IMG/VR virus record: IMGVR_UViG_3300044712_000123
Origin: a virus
Taxonomy: Duplodnaviria; Heunggongvirae; Uroviricota; Caudoviricetes
DNA length: 64,000 nucleotides
Strand: one strand, 5' to 3'
Shown: piece by piece, positions 28,391-37,594 of the stretch
Position numbering within the stretch: position 1 is the first letter of the stretch
Layout of the letters: every line of letters starts with the position of its first letter
Position numbers and translations under genes: made by a program
The notes under the pieces: generated by a model
Told to the model about the DNA's origin: nothing
What the model saw: the letters and a program-made list of their open reading frames with translations, nothing else
The model's database searches: none

Positions 28391-28411
28391 GCGCGGAGTC
28401 TATCTCGTTGC
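28391..28411 (-). promoter_or_regulatory. 5'-UTR hairpin with AUAGA loop (copy 3)
   Basis: GAG-ATAGA-CTC covarying stem; downstream leader resembles that of nadM. Confidence 0.5.
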
Positions 28412-28462
28412 TTGTACTTTTATTTATCTTATTGTATCAGACTTTACTTTTTTCGTCAAGCC

Positions 28463-28705
28463 TTAGAAATAAGATTTACCAAGACCGTTGCACATAGAAC
28501 CACCGTCAGCCTCGTAGTAAGCAGGGTTTGTACCGGGCATTGCCGAACGTCCTACTTCATAATAAGTTTCGTATGCAGGGACTTTTTTGACATAACCACG
28601 GGCACTACGAACAGTCCCCATCTCAGCTTCTAACTCACGCACACGTGCCTCATATGTGTCACGGAGAGTTGACAATTCATTTTTGATTTCTTTGATGTTA
28701 CGCAT
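28463..28705 (-). CDS. small hypothetical protein
   Basis: AGGAG RBS after promoter 28739-28767. Confidence 0.65.
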   Translation of the reverse strand: MRNIKEIKNELSTLRDTYEARVRELEAEMGTVRSARGYVKKVPAYETYYEVGRSAMPGTNPAYYEADGGSMCNGLGKSYF

Positions 28706-28727
28706 TTTCAACTCCTGTTCTTTACTG

Positions 28728-28767
28728 TCTATGAGTCTATTATATGCCCAAAACGATTTATTGTCAA
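28728..28767 (-). repeat. early-promoter repeat, 40 bp identical to 57010-57049
   Basis: TCTATGAGTCTATTATATGCCCAAAACGATTTATTGTCAA at both sites. Confidence 0.85.
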
Positions 28768-29054
28768 TCCTTTTTCATAGAGTAGAACTGAATTTCTGTA
28801 CCAAACAATGTGATGGCAAAACCGCGTACTTTCGCATTAGTTGGACGACGGAAGCCGAACATCTTAGTGCCTTCTGCGACATCCAAGTCCCAACCCACTA
28901 CCGCCAACAGGAACATGAATGCGATCAGTACGATGCTGATAGGCCAAAACACGCTGAGAGTCAGAACTACGCGGAGTTCTTCATGCGGAGCACGAACTGC
29001 GAACATGCTTGCCATCACCACAACACCTACCAAATATGCTACGATCATTTCCAT
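28764..29054 (-). CDS. small membrane protein
   Basis: two hydrophobic helices; AGGAG RBS. Confidence 0.65.
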   Translation of the reverse strand: MEMIVAYLVGVVVMASMFAVRAPHEELRVVLTLSVFWPISIVLIAFMFLLAVVGWDLDVAEGTKMFGFRRPTNAKVRGFAITLFGTEIQFYSMKKD

Positions 29055-29112
29055 TATTAACTCCTGTTTGTTGCTGTCTATGTATCTATTATACAACCAA
29101 ACTGATTAAATG

Positions 29113-29310
29113 TCAACTTTTGGGCAAGCGATTTTGCTTTAATCTCCAAAAAAGTCGCCAAAGTCTTGACTGTTTTGTCCGGTGTAGGCTCTTCGTTCCT
29201 GTCCAAAACCTTCCGCCTTCTTCCATACGGCCAAAGGGCTTTGCTTTGGGCTGACCCTTCAGTAGTTTTTCGGCAATGCGTTCGTAAGTAGTCATTTTTG
29301 TGTACATCAC
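29113..29310 (-). CDS. small basic hypothetical protein
   Basis: stop inside next -35 box. Confidence 0.5.
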   Translation of the reverse strand: MMYTKMTTYERIAEKLLKGQPKAKPFGRMEEGGRFWTGTKSLHRTKQSRLWRLFWRLKQNRLPKS

Positions 29311-29681
29311 AGATTCAACAATTCACGTTCTTCGGCAGTCAGTAATTCATTGACCTTACGCAATGCTTCCTTCTTAACTTCTGCCACACGCTTGCGTTCG
29401 GCGAGTTCTGCTTCATAGTGATCCAACTCTGATTCCAACGATTCTAATTGCGCTTGGCTATTAGGACTGTGTGCGTATGCCAACGTCACGGTGCGGGCAT
29501 AACTATCGCGGGGTTGAACTTGAAACTTGTTATCGACCACACTGAGTTCAAAGTATGCGTTGGTAGCACGTGCCAGAACATTCATCAAACGCTGAGGATA
29601 CTCGGCAACTTGATTTGCGAGGTATGTCTCACGCTCTTGGGCGTATCGTGCATTACGCTGTGCTACTGTTTCACGTGCCAT
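29307..29681 (-). CDS. hypothetical protein
   Basis: AAAGGAG RBS after promoter 29712-29740. Confidence 0.7.
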   Translation of the reverse strand: MARETVAQRNARYAQERETYLANQVAEYPQRLMNVLARATNAYFELSVVDNKFQVQPRDSYARTVTLAYAHSPNSQAQLESLESELDHYEAELAERKRVAEVKKEALRKVNELLTAEERELLNL

Positions 29682-29752
29682 CTTCAACTCCTTTAATCAA
29701 TCTATAGACATAGTATATCACTTTGCCCATTTATTGTCAAATTTTTAGCCAT

Positions 29753-29781
29753 AAAAAAAGAGTACTTTCGTACTCTTTTTT
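29753..29781 (-). terminator. rho-independent terminator
   Basis: AAAAAAGAGTAC/GTACTCTTTTTT. Confidence 0.8.
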
Positions 29782-29794
29782 AAGTCAGTAACTA

Positions 29795-30841
29795 TTACTG
29801 ATTAGGGAAGGGCCAAGCACCAGTTGCTTTTGGAGCCGCTTGCTTAGTGACATACTGATAGCGAGGGCTGAGACCCAATTCACTATCATTGTCACCCTTT
29901 TCAAAGCCTTCTTCATAGTCAAGGTTAGAACGAGTGCTAGGAGAAAACTCTTTGCCGTCGTAACCATCAGTGTAACCACGATAGAATTCAGTAGAACCTT
30001 GCTTTGGACCAGTTGAAACATTTTGTGTTTCATTCCAACGCTTCACAAACTCAGGGTCAGCAGTGACGACTGGCTTAGCAATGTTGTTACTGGCGTTAGC
30101 TTGAACAGGCTTGTTGAAAGCATTGTCAATCTTGTCACCGTCGTTGCCGATTTCACCGACAACTTCATAACGACATGCACGACCTTTAGCGTTGTTGTAG
30201 TCACTAGGGATAGAGACCACATCTGCTGGGTTGATCTTCACGATAACAACACGGCTATCGTAACCATTGCCAAAGTGTGGCAGATAATCTTGTGAACAGA
30301 AGTGCAAACCAGTAGAACAAGTTTGATCCTTGTTGTCATCAACTTCGTTGCGTTCCATTTCAACAACTTTGCCAACACTGTTGTCCATAGTGCCACTGTG
30401 AATGTCCAAGTAGTCGTTACGAACTTTCTTGTAAGCCAAGAAATGACCATCGGGAGTGATTGGCAAACTGTTCTTTTCCAAGAAGCCATACAACTCAGTG
30501 ACAGCCCGCTTAGATGGGTTAGTCATCAAGTTTTCCATGAAGTTGACCAGAGGTTCAACAGGGAAGCCTTCTTGCAACATTGCAATCATTCGGCTAGTCA
30601 ATGCATTGTGCATTGGCTTGCCTTTCCAGAACAGTTCCTCGCCCTTGACACTCACGTTACCTTTGCCATAGTTGAGAACAACCTTGACTGGTTCGATAAT
30701 GTCTTTAACCAAAGCCCAATCTTGGGCCTTGATAGCGTCCAACACTTTCTGGAAAGTGATGTGTGATTTAGAAATAGTGTGGGGCTTAGAACCAATAACA
30801 ACTGTGATGCTGTTGCCCTGCATGATAAACGGATAGCTCAT
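29795..30841 (-). CDS. rIIB: RIIB-like protein
   Basis: PITPDGHFLAYKKV, CSTGLHFCS, DVVSIPSDYN..KGRACRY. Confidence 0.88.
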   Translation of the reverse strand: MSYPFIMQGNSITVVIGSKPHTISKSHITFQKVLDAIKAQDWALVKDIIEPVKVVLNYGKGNVSVKGEELFWKGKPMHNALTSRMIAMLQEGFPVEPLVNFMENLMTNPSKRAVTELYGFLEKNSLPITPDGHFLAYKKVRNDYLDIHSGTMDNSVGKVVEMERNEVDDNKDQTCSTGLHFCSQDYLPHFGNGYDSRVVIVKINPADVVSIPSDYNNAKGRACRYEVVGEIGNDGDKIDNAFNKPVQANASNNIAKPVVTADPEFVKRWNETQNVSTGPKQGSTEFYRGYTDGYDGKEFSPSTRSNLDYEEGFEKGDNDSELGLSPRYQYVTKQAAPKATGAWPFPNQ

Positions 30842-30843
30842 TT

Positions 30844-33009
30844 TTAGACTCCTTTAGTCTGGTCGATCAAATTAATATACTCTGCCAAGTCAGCACCTTC
30901 AGTGCTGTATTTGCTGATGCCTTTGATAAGCGGGTAACGCTTAAAAATTGCTTCAACTTCTTTGTTGTACTTATCAATCAAACTTGCTGGATCAACATTT
31001 GTCGATGTTGCAACTTTGTACTGTCGGCACAACCATTCCAAACTCTGACGCAATGATTGGTCAGATTCTTTCACATCCTTGAAAGTGTTGAACAACACCA
31101 TGTAAGGACTAGATTTGTTTGCAATGTGTTTAGTAGCATTATACTGGAAGAGTTCTTTCCAGTCAATACTTTGTTTGACCAAACCCATCACATCTGCCTG
31201 ACCCAACTTAGCCAGCTTACCCTTAACGTGTTCGTCAAGGTTAACCCAGTTCTTTTGAGCCTTGATAGCTTCAATGTCACCTTTACGCACGCCGTAAATG
31301 TCTTGAGTGTAGATACCTGCTTTACGCAAGTGAATCTCCAATTGCTTGACATCCTCAACAATACCGAGGTTCTTGTAACCACTCAGAGGCAAGTAGTAGT
31401 AAGTTTGTTTAGCGTCAAAGCTAGAAGCCTTGCCACCATCACGCCAAACCATTTCACCGCGATCACGCCAGCTACGATTACGACCTTCTTCCAATCGCAT
31501 GATAGTAACGTTCTGACCGATACCGCTTGCACGTTCTTTTTCGAGCAAAGAACTAGCCTTCAGAATCTTGTCTTCGGGAGGAGTAGATAATGCCTTGAAG
31601 AATGCATTAGTCAGCATTGGCTTAGACTTATCAGCAGCCTCAATCACATACACATTGGAATTGTGACTCTTGCTTTTGTTAGCATCGGTACTGTTCTTCC
31701 AGTGAAACTTTGCACGTTCAGTAGCACCAACTTTAGTATCGTTAACAACAAAGTAAACGTCATCACTTACGCGAATTTCCCATTCGTCAGTGAACACGTT
31801 GTTGTTCGCGACCGTTGTGTAAGAATGAGTAGGCTTGAGTGTAGAACACACGTTGTAACTGCGGCTCTTAGAAAAGCCACGAATCACCATGTTGTAGTCT
31901 TTAGCCAAGTCCTTGACTTCAAACTTGAATTGTTTCATCGCATTCCAACGATTGAGTTGAGGCGTGTACAATTCAAACTTAGTGTCAGTCACGTACTTAA
32001 CCACAGCCTGATTGAACAGGTGTTCCTGAAAACGCTTTTCCAAGTAACCAGCACGTTCCCACAAGTTGGTGATCTTGTCAGCCTCTTGTGCAATGTGAGT
32101 TGCCAATTGTGCGTTCAACTGCTCCAACTTAGTTTTGATAGCGTTGACAGTTTGTGGGATGTAGCTCAGACCTTCACGTGATGCTTGGAAGTCAAGTTCA
32201 CCGATGTTGAACTCCATGACCAGACCGCAGTGCAACAGACCTTGCAAACCACCGAGTGACTTTTCAGCACTAGGAATGTCAGTCAATGGATACTTGATGT
32301 TACCCATGATAGCATAGCTATGGTTGTTGTCAGAGTAGTGAACACCAGGGATGATGTTCATTTCTTTGTAAGAAGGATCTTTGAATTTGAAATCACTGTT
32401 ACCAGAGACTACTGGACGCAGTTTGAAATATTCGTAAACATATCGAGCCTCGTCACGGAACTTGCTAAAGTCGTAACGTTCCTCAACTGCAAAACGAACC
32501 TCAACACCTGCTGGCTCAGTAGTTTGTTCATCCATCATTTTTGCGATAGATGGAACACCTTGTTCGTTGATGAAGGCTGTGTAAATACCTTTAATGCCGT
32601 CTTTAATCGCGGTAACGGTGAAGTTGTCAGTGTAAGAGAACGGGCTTTTAGATCCCAGACCAAGTGCACCGATGAATTCGTTACTCGCTGTTTTAGTACT
32701 TTCAAAGTAAGTGGTGTAGATGTTTGTGACTTGGTCCGCAGAAAGACCTGTTCCGTAGTCACGGATCGAGAACCAGGGTTCGAGACTGTTGGGCAAGTGA
32801 ACGTCAAAGGGGGTGTCTTGCTTGCCAGCTGCCGTATGTGAGTCCACAGCGTTGCAGGACAATTCTCGGATGATTGCTCGGACTTTGTTTGCATAGAGAC
32901 CTGAGGAAAGAATGTTGAAAGCCTTCGCACTATTGCGAATGCGAAACTCACCAATCTCGCCTACGTTAGACATGATTGCTTCGTTTTGGGGAGCAGCATT
33001 GATAATCAT
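30844..33009 (-). CDS. rIIA: RIIA-like protein (GHKL ATPase N-terminus)
   Basis: RELSCNAVD, DYGTGL, GALGLGSKSPF; adjacent rIIB. Confidence 0.88.
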   Translation of the reverse strand: MIINAAPQNEAIMSNVGEIGEFRIRNSAKAFNILSSGLYANKVRAIIRELSCNAVDSHTAAGKQDTPFDVHLPNSLEPWFSIRDYGTGLSADQVTNIYTTYFESTKTASNEFIGALGLGSKSPFSYTDNFTVTAIKDGIKGIYTAFINEQGVPSIAKMMDEQTTEPAGVEVRFAVEERYDFSKFRDEARYVYEYFKLRPVVSGNSDFKFKDPSYKEMNIIPGVHYSDNNHSYAIMGNIKYPLTDIPSAEKSLGGLQGLLHCGLVMEFNIGELDFQASREGLSYIPQTVNAIKTKLEQLNAQLATHIAQEADKITNLWERAGYLEKRFQEHLFNQAVVKYVTDTKFELYTPQLNRWNAMKQFKFEVKDLAKDYNMVIRGFSKSRSYNVCSTLKPTHSYTTVANNNVFTDEWEIRVSDDVYFVVNDTKVGATERAKFHWKNSTDANKSKSHNSNVYVIEAADKSKPMLTNAFFKALSTPPEDKILKASSLLEKERASGIGQNVTIMRLEEGRNRSWRDRGEMVWRDGGKASSFDAKQTYYYLPLSGYKNLGIVEDVKQLEIHLRKAGIYTQDIYGVRKGDIEAIKAQKNWVNLDEHVKGKLAKLGQADVMGLVKQSIDWKELFQYNATKHIANKSSPYMVLFNTFKDVKESDQSLRQSLEWLCRQYKVATSTNVDPASLIDKYNKEVEAIFKRYPLIKGISKYSTEGADLAEYINLIDQTKGV

Positions 33010-33022
33010 TTAAAGTTCCTGT

Positions 33023-33071
33023 GTTTCAGTGTCAATACAAGTATTGTATCAGAGTTTGGATTTATTGTCAA
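33023..33071 (-). repeat. early-promoter repeat, 49 bp with 1 mismatch to 56531-56579
   Basis: GTTTCAGTGTCAATACAAGTATTGTAwCAGAGTTTGGATTTATTGTCAA. Confidence 0.85.
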
Positions 33072-33241
33072 CCAATAGAGTGAAGTTCTGCCATTTCCTG
33101 TGTCAGTGCATCAATCTCGGCGCACATGGTATCACAGTAACGGTCCATACCGTCAACTTGATTCAAAAGTTCTACCGCTTGTTCAAGTTTCCAAATAGCT
33201 TGTTGAATCTTGGAAATGTCAGCTTTGATATCTTGATCCAT
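33068..33241 (-). CDS. 57-aa protein not in ORF track
   Basis: AAAGGA RBS, MDQDIKADISKIQQAIWKLEQ.., between two promoters. Confidence 0.65.
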   Translation of the reverse strand: MDQDIKADISKIQQAIWKLEQAVELLNQVDGMDRYCDTMCAEIDALTQEMAELHSIG

Positions 33242-33315
33242 TTACTGTCCTTTAGTTGACTGTCTAAGATTCTATTATATACCCAAAGTGATTTATTGTC
33301 AAATTTTGGGTGAAA

Positions 33316-33606
33316 TTATTTTAGAAACGATTTTATTACTTTTTTAAGTGCTTTCTCAACCTCTTGGGCCACTCGCTCTTTAACTTCTCGCTCAACCCTA
33401 GTGCGGGCTTGATTGGATACATTAGCCTTGATTGCTTTCATAATCCATTCAATGGATTTATCTTGCACAGTATAATCGCCTTCAACTGGAAACACATAAC
33501 GGTATTGGTCACTCTCTGAAAAGAAAGGATCAACCCACCACAATTTACCCATGAACTCCTCTTGAGTGAAGCCGATAGATACCAGGAAGTTTTCGTTCTC
33601 AGTCAT
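33316..33606 (-). CDS. hypothetical protein
   Basis: follows 33608 ORF. Confidence 0.6.
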   Translation of the reverse strand: MTENENFLVSIGFTQEEFMGKLWWVDPFFSESDQYRYVFPVEGDYTVQDKSIEWIMKAIKANVSNQARTRVEREVKERVAQEVEKALKKVIKSFLK

Positions 33607-33607
33607 A

Positions 33608-34090
33608 TTAAGCCTTAACAGTAGAGCGAGGATCGTTGATTGTCTTTGCAGTGCCACCTTCAGTTGGACGCACGGTCAGTTTGCGGTTCATGATACCGTA
33701 ACTTGCTTGAAAGGGCTTCTTGTCAATCTTTTCAACGACACATGGAATCACTTCGTTTTTAGAGGAGATATAGATAGTGTCGCCGACAAAAATCTCTTTG
33801 TTGAAACGATCAAACGGGACGCACATATCCATGTAGTCATCTCCGTAAGACACACCTTCTTCGGAGATAACGGTGTTGCGGTAGTCATTGCGTTGAACAC
33901 GCTCATTCTGTTCAAGCATCCAGATGCCTTCGTATTTGCCACTAATCTTGGCAACGATTGTGTGACTGTCCCAACCCTCTTTTACAAACTGTTCAGGGTA
34001 ATCTTGAAAACCAATCTGAATGCCCTCACCAACCAGACCCTTCATAGGACCAGAAAGTACTTTGTAACGATGAATACGAATTCGGCTCAT
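33608..34090 (-). CDS. hypothetical protein
   Basis: AAGGA RBS after promoter 34123-34151. Confidence 0.7.
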   Translation of the reverse strand: MSRIRIHRYKVLSGPMKGLVGEGIQIGFQDYPEQFVKEGWDSHTIVAKISGKYEGIWMLEQNERVQRNDYRNTVISEEGVSYGDDYMDMCVPFDRFNKEIFVGDTIYISSKNEVIPCVVEKIDKKPFQASYGIMNRKLTVRPTEGGTAKTINDPRSTVKA

Positions 34091-34147
34091 TTTGTTTCCT
34101 TGTCTTGACTGTCTAAGATTCTATTATATACCCAAAACAATTTATTG

Positions 34148-34363
34148 TCAAATATAGAAAGGGGTATCAAAACCAAGTTTGATGTAAACACACTCACGGA
34201 CTGCGGTATCAGTAGCTTCGCCAAAGTCTTCAGGAAAACGCTCAGCCAAACTACGGAGTTCAGCAAGAACTTGAGGCCAATCCATTTTGAGTATTTTAGC
34301 ACTACGCACGATTGCGTCAACTGCATCATTACCGAAACCTGTGTACATTGAGTAGTTAGCCAT
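34148..34363 (-). CDS. small hypothetical protein
   Basis: AAAGGA RBS; EATDTAVRE motif. Confidence 0.7.
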   Translation of the reverse strand: MANYSMYTGFGNDAVDAIVRSAKILKMDWPQVLAELRSLAERFPEDFGEATDTAVRECVYIKLGFDTPFYI

Positions 34364-34463
34364 CTTCGAGTCCTTTAATCAATCTATACATGTATTATAT
34401 GCCCAAACTGATTTATTGTCAAGAAAAAAAGCCCCTTTTTATCGGGGCTTTAAAATGAGTACT

Positions 34464-34664
34464 TTAGATTCTACCGCGGTAGTCAGCGATCATGTACCAA
34501 TCAGGAACTTCCTTTGCAGTGTTCTTGCTGTTGAAGTCCTTGCAATACTGACGGGCTTCTTCTTCGTTATCAAAGTAGATGGTTTCATCTATTTTGCTAC
34601 CCCAACCACGTTCATATTCAATGAGGTCTACCCTATAACCAACGGGACGATTAATCTGTGCCAT
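34464..34664 (-). CDS. small hypothetical protein
   Basis: IEYERGWGSKID..PDWY. Confidence 0.7.
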   Translation of the reverse strand: MAQINRPVGYRVDLIEYERGWGSKIDETIYFDNEEEARQYCKDFNSKNTAKEVPDWYMIADYRGRI

Positions 34665-34730
34665 CTTGAGTTCCTTTCTCGGGGGTTAATAACTACTGTG
34701 ATTACAGTTTAACAGAGAAAGGATTTATTG

Positions 34731-35543
34731 TCAAGTGAAATCAATCTTCTCGGCAATTAGATAACCGATGCCATCACGTGATTTTGTGTTGTATGTTGCA
34801 AGAACCTTGATAGGAGTCTGTGCATACTTTTCTAACAACGACACTAGGATGTTTTCTTGTTGAACAGTGAATGTGACCAAGTTGTTTTCTTCATCAGTGA
34901 ACCAGAACTCTTTACGCTTAGAATACTTTGTGCCAGTCAAGAATACATTTTGCAATGTCAATGTCTTTGTCTTGCGAACACTTCTAGTTTGTTGAGTAGT
35001 GGTGCGATTGAATTGCCTGACCATTTCATCAAACTTGATATCATAGTCATAGAACTCAGGCAAACGATATGCAAGAGGACGAATATTGTCTTTGAATACT
35101 TTACCATCACTGTGAACCAGTGAACTCATGTCTTGGCGGAACTTAGAAAGATTCACACCTTTCAGATTCCACATTACAATCTTCTTACTGTAGTAGTCAC
35201 GAATAGTATCTGCACGTTGACGATCTTCCGGTGTCAAGTGGTCAAACAAAACCTTATCAGTTATACTAGTTGCACCTACATACTTAGAGTTGTCAATCTT
35301 AGCCTCTTTGCGCAAACGTTGCCATGTTGCACTCAATGCAATCAAGTCTTCTGTTATCTCGATTACCTCATAACGTTTGATGTTTGGGTTGTCCCAATCA
35401 CTACTAACGCTGATACTTGCAAAAGGGTTACTAAGATTACCAAGAGTTAGTCCAGGACCAGAAACGTTACTGAGAGTAATGTTATTAGTGATGGATCCTG
35501 AACCAAGGATTCCTTTAATTTGAGAGAGAGTGTTATTAGCCAA
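34731..35543 (-). CDS. hypothetical protein
   Basis: probable TTG start overlapping uvsY stop. Confidence 0.65.
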   Translation of the reverse strand: MANNTLSQIKGILGSGSITNNITLSNVSGPGLTLGNLSNPFASISVSSDWDNPNIKRYEVIEITEDLIALSATWQRLRKEAKIDNSKYVGATSITDKVLFDHLTPEDRQRADTIRDYYSKKIVMWNLKGVNLSKFRQDMSSLVHSDGKVFKDNIRPLAYRLPEFYDYDIKFDEMVRQFNRTTTQQTRSVRKTKTLTLQNVFLTGTKYSKRKEFWFTDEENNLVTFTVQQENILVSLLEKYAQTPIKVLATYNTKSRDGIGYLIAEKIDFT

Positions 35544-35997
35544 TTGTGATATCTTCCATTCCAGCAGTACGTAAACGAACAATATGGCCCATCTGCCACT
35601 GCTTGGCTTCAAGACCTTTCATCACACCTAACCATTTGTTACGCAACAATGCAACTTCGTTAATCAACACTTCCATGTCAATCACTTCGTCTTCACCATC
35701 TACATACTTCTCGGCAGTGCGATCACTTAAAGCTCTATTATACGCTTCTAAATACTTTTGAAAATGTTTTCGGCGAATTTTCCTAAGTTGTATGTTCAGA
35801 TATTGAAGCACCGCTTCAATCTCTTGTAGTTGATTGAAACGGTGTTCTGTTACTCCTGGGATAGCAGCAATGTTCTTTTCAACATTGCCCGTAACCTTAA
35901 CTTCACTCTTCGCCGAAATCAATTCAGATTCGTAATGACTGATGAAATCGGGTATCACTCCTAAATTAGCAGTGATTCTAGTGTACCAGTTTGTCAT
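35536..35997 (-). CDS. uvsY: recombination mediator UvsY-like
   Basis: KYVDGEDEV..NKWLGVMKGLEAK; downstream of uvsX. Confidence 0.7.
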   Translation of the reverse strand: MTNWYTRITANLGVIPDFISHYESELISAKSEVKVTGNVEKNIAAIPGVTEHRFNQLQEIEAVLQYLNIQLRKIRRKHFQKYLEAYNRALSDRTAEKYVDGEDEVIDMEVLINEVALLRNKWLGVMKGLEAKQWQMGHIVRLRTAGMEDITIG

Positions 35998-36246
35998 TTA
36001 ATCCCATTCGTCTTCGTCGGTGTCGTCTTCGTATTCTTCGTAGTCGTCTTCTTGGAAGTGTTCTTCTGCATAGCCCTTCAATGCTGTATTGATAACCTTA
36101 TCATTGAAAGCATTCTTGATATCGTCAACTTCATAGTTGTTTTCAATCAAGTATGTTACCAATGTATCGGCTGCATCTCCACGATCATTAAAATCAATAT
36201 GCGTCTGTAACGCTTCCCAAACTTCTGCTACAATTTCTAAACTCAT
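35998..36246 (-). CDS. small acidic protein
   Basis: 82-aa ORF between uvsX and uvsY. Confidence 0.7.
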   Translation of the reverse strand: MSLEIVAEVWEALQTHIDFNDRGDAADTLVTYLIENNYEVDDIKNAFNDKVINTALKGYAEEHFQEDDYEEYEDDTDEDEWD

Positions 36247-37313
36247 TCTGTATCTTCTCCCTCAGTGTTAGATACAGTACTTAGCACAGGTTTAGATTTT
36301 TCAGTATATTCGGCCATAACTTTGTCAAGACAGCCATCAACGTTAGCTTCCCATGCCTTACGAAACTTCTTAATGATTTCACCATCAAGTGTCGTATAGA
36401 CCAATGAGTTGCCTTCTTTCTTAACAAGTTCAGCCTTCTCAATCATGTCAAGCATACCTGAGTATGGACTCATGCCTGATTCATAAGGAATCTTAACTTG
36501 AACACTTTCGAAAGGCTTAGCGTAACGTGTCTTCATGATTTTACATGCGGCACGAATACCACGTACATCACTAATCTTGTTGCCGTCTTCGTCTTCTTTC
36601 AGTTTCAGTTTCTTCATGGCAACTAGAATACTAGAAGCATAAACGAAACCTTGACCGCCTGATACTTTGTCATCAGGATCAAACATGTCTTGACTTGCAT
36701 AAGTGTGATTAGTTGCAACCATACCGATGCCTAGACTACCGAACATGTTAACACAGTTACGAACAAGTGCGGCGAGTGCTTTAGGCTTACGACCCATGTC
36801 ACCCTTCATGTCACCTGCTTCAAACTGATTAACGTCAGTAGGTGTCAATAACATACCAAGACTGTCAACAACGAACAATACCTTAGGACGATCTTCTTCT
36901 GGTAGTGCCTTGTATTCTTTTACGAATTCTGAAATTGTTTTAGCAACGTCATCAATCATAGCCATGTTAAGTTTCAACAACTTGCTGTCATCGGTGCTTA
37001 CACCCAATGCATGTAGCCATGCTTCATCCAATGCGTTTTCACTGTCAATCAATACAACGAAAATGCCTTGCTCTTGTGCGTGACGCACTAGGTTACCTGA
37101 ACAGATGAAACTCTTACCAGAGCCTGATTCACCTGCGAATACAGTAACCTTACCTAGGGGAACACCCTTGTTAAAATCACCACTGATAAGATAGTTCAGT
37201 GCGTAGTTGCCTGTACTGATCCAATCAGTAGGATCGTTAAATCCGATACTAAGTCCTTCAATAGACTTTGTAATGCTTTTTCTAAATTTTGATACGTCAA
37301 ATGGTTTAGCCAA
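36243..37313 (-). CDS. uvsX: RecA/UvsX recombinase
   Basis: ISTGNYALN, GESGSGKS, DSENA, VVDSLG. Confidence 0.92.
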   Translation of the reverse strand: MAKPFDVSKFRKSITKSIEGLSIGFNDPTDWISTGNYALNYLISGDFNKGVPLGKVTVFAGESGSGKSFICSGNLVRHAQEQGIFVVLIDSENALDEAWLHALGVSTDDSKLLKLNMAMIDDVAKTISEFVKEYKALPEEDRPKVLFVVDSLGMLLTPTDVNQFEAGDMKGDMGRKPKALAALVRNCVNMFGSLGIGMVATNHTYASQDMFDPDDKVSGGQGFVYASSILVAMKKLKLKEDEDGNKISDVRGIRAACKIMKTRYAKPFESVQVKIPYESGMSPYSGMLDMIEKAELVKKEGNSLVYTTLDGEIIKKFRKAWEANVDGCLDKVMAEYTEKSKPVLSTVSNTEGEDTE

Positions 37314-37551
37314 TTTTATCTCCAACATGTTTCATATGTAGTCTATCAGAGTAGGAGAGTTTATCAAACAATTCAGGGCACTTGTCTGCGAGATTATCAA
37401 TCTCATAGTCTTGTGGGAAATGTCGTAGTGCGGCTCTTGCTCTGTCTCTGATTAAACTGGGTACTCGGGGAGTGCGACCAGGATCGCAAAGTTCCTCAAG
37501 TAACTTCTTGCCTTGCTTAAGGGCGCGGTAGCGTTCGTCTGGTAGTGTCAT
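37306..37551 (-). CDS. small hypothetical protein
   Basis: MTLPDERYRA..TPRVP..LRHFP. Confidence 0.7.
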   Translation of the reverse strand: MTLPDERYRALKQGKKLLEELCDPGRTPRVPSLIRDRARAALRHFPQDYEIDNLADKCPELFDKLSYSDRLHMKHVGDKIG

Positions 37552-37565
37552 GGGGATTCTCCGTT

Positions 37566-37590
37566 AGACAGGGGGCCGAAGCCCCCTGTT
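37566..37590 (-). terminator. hairpin/terminator after gp32
   Basis: CAGGGGGC-TTCG-GCCCCCTG. Confidence 0.65.
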
Positions 37591-37594
37591 CCCA

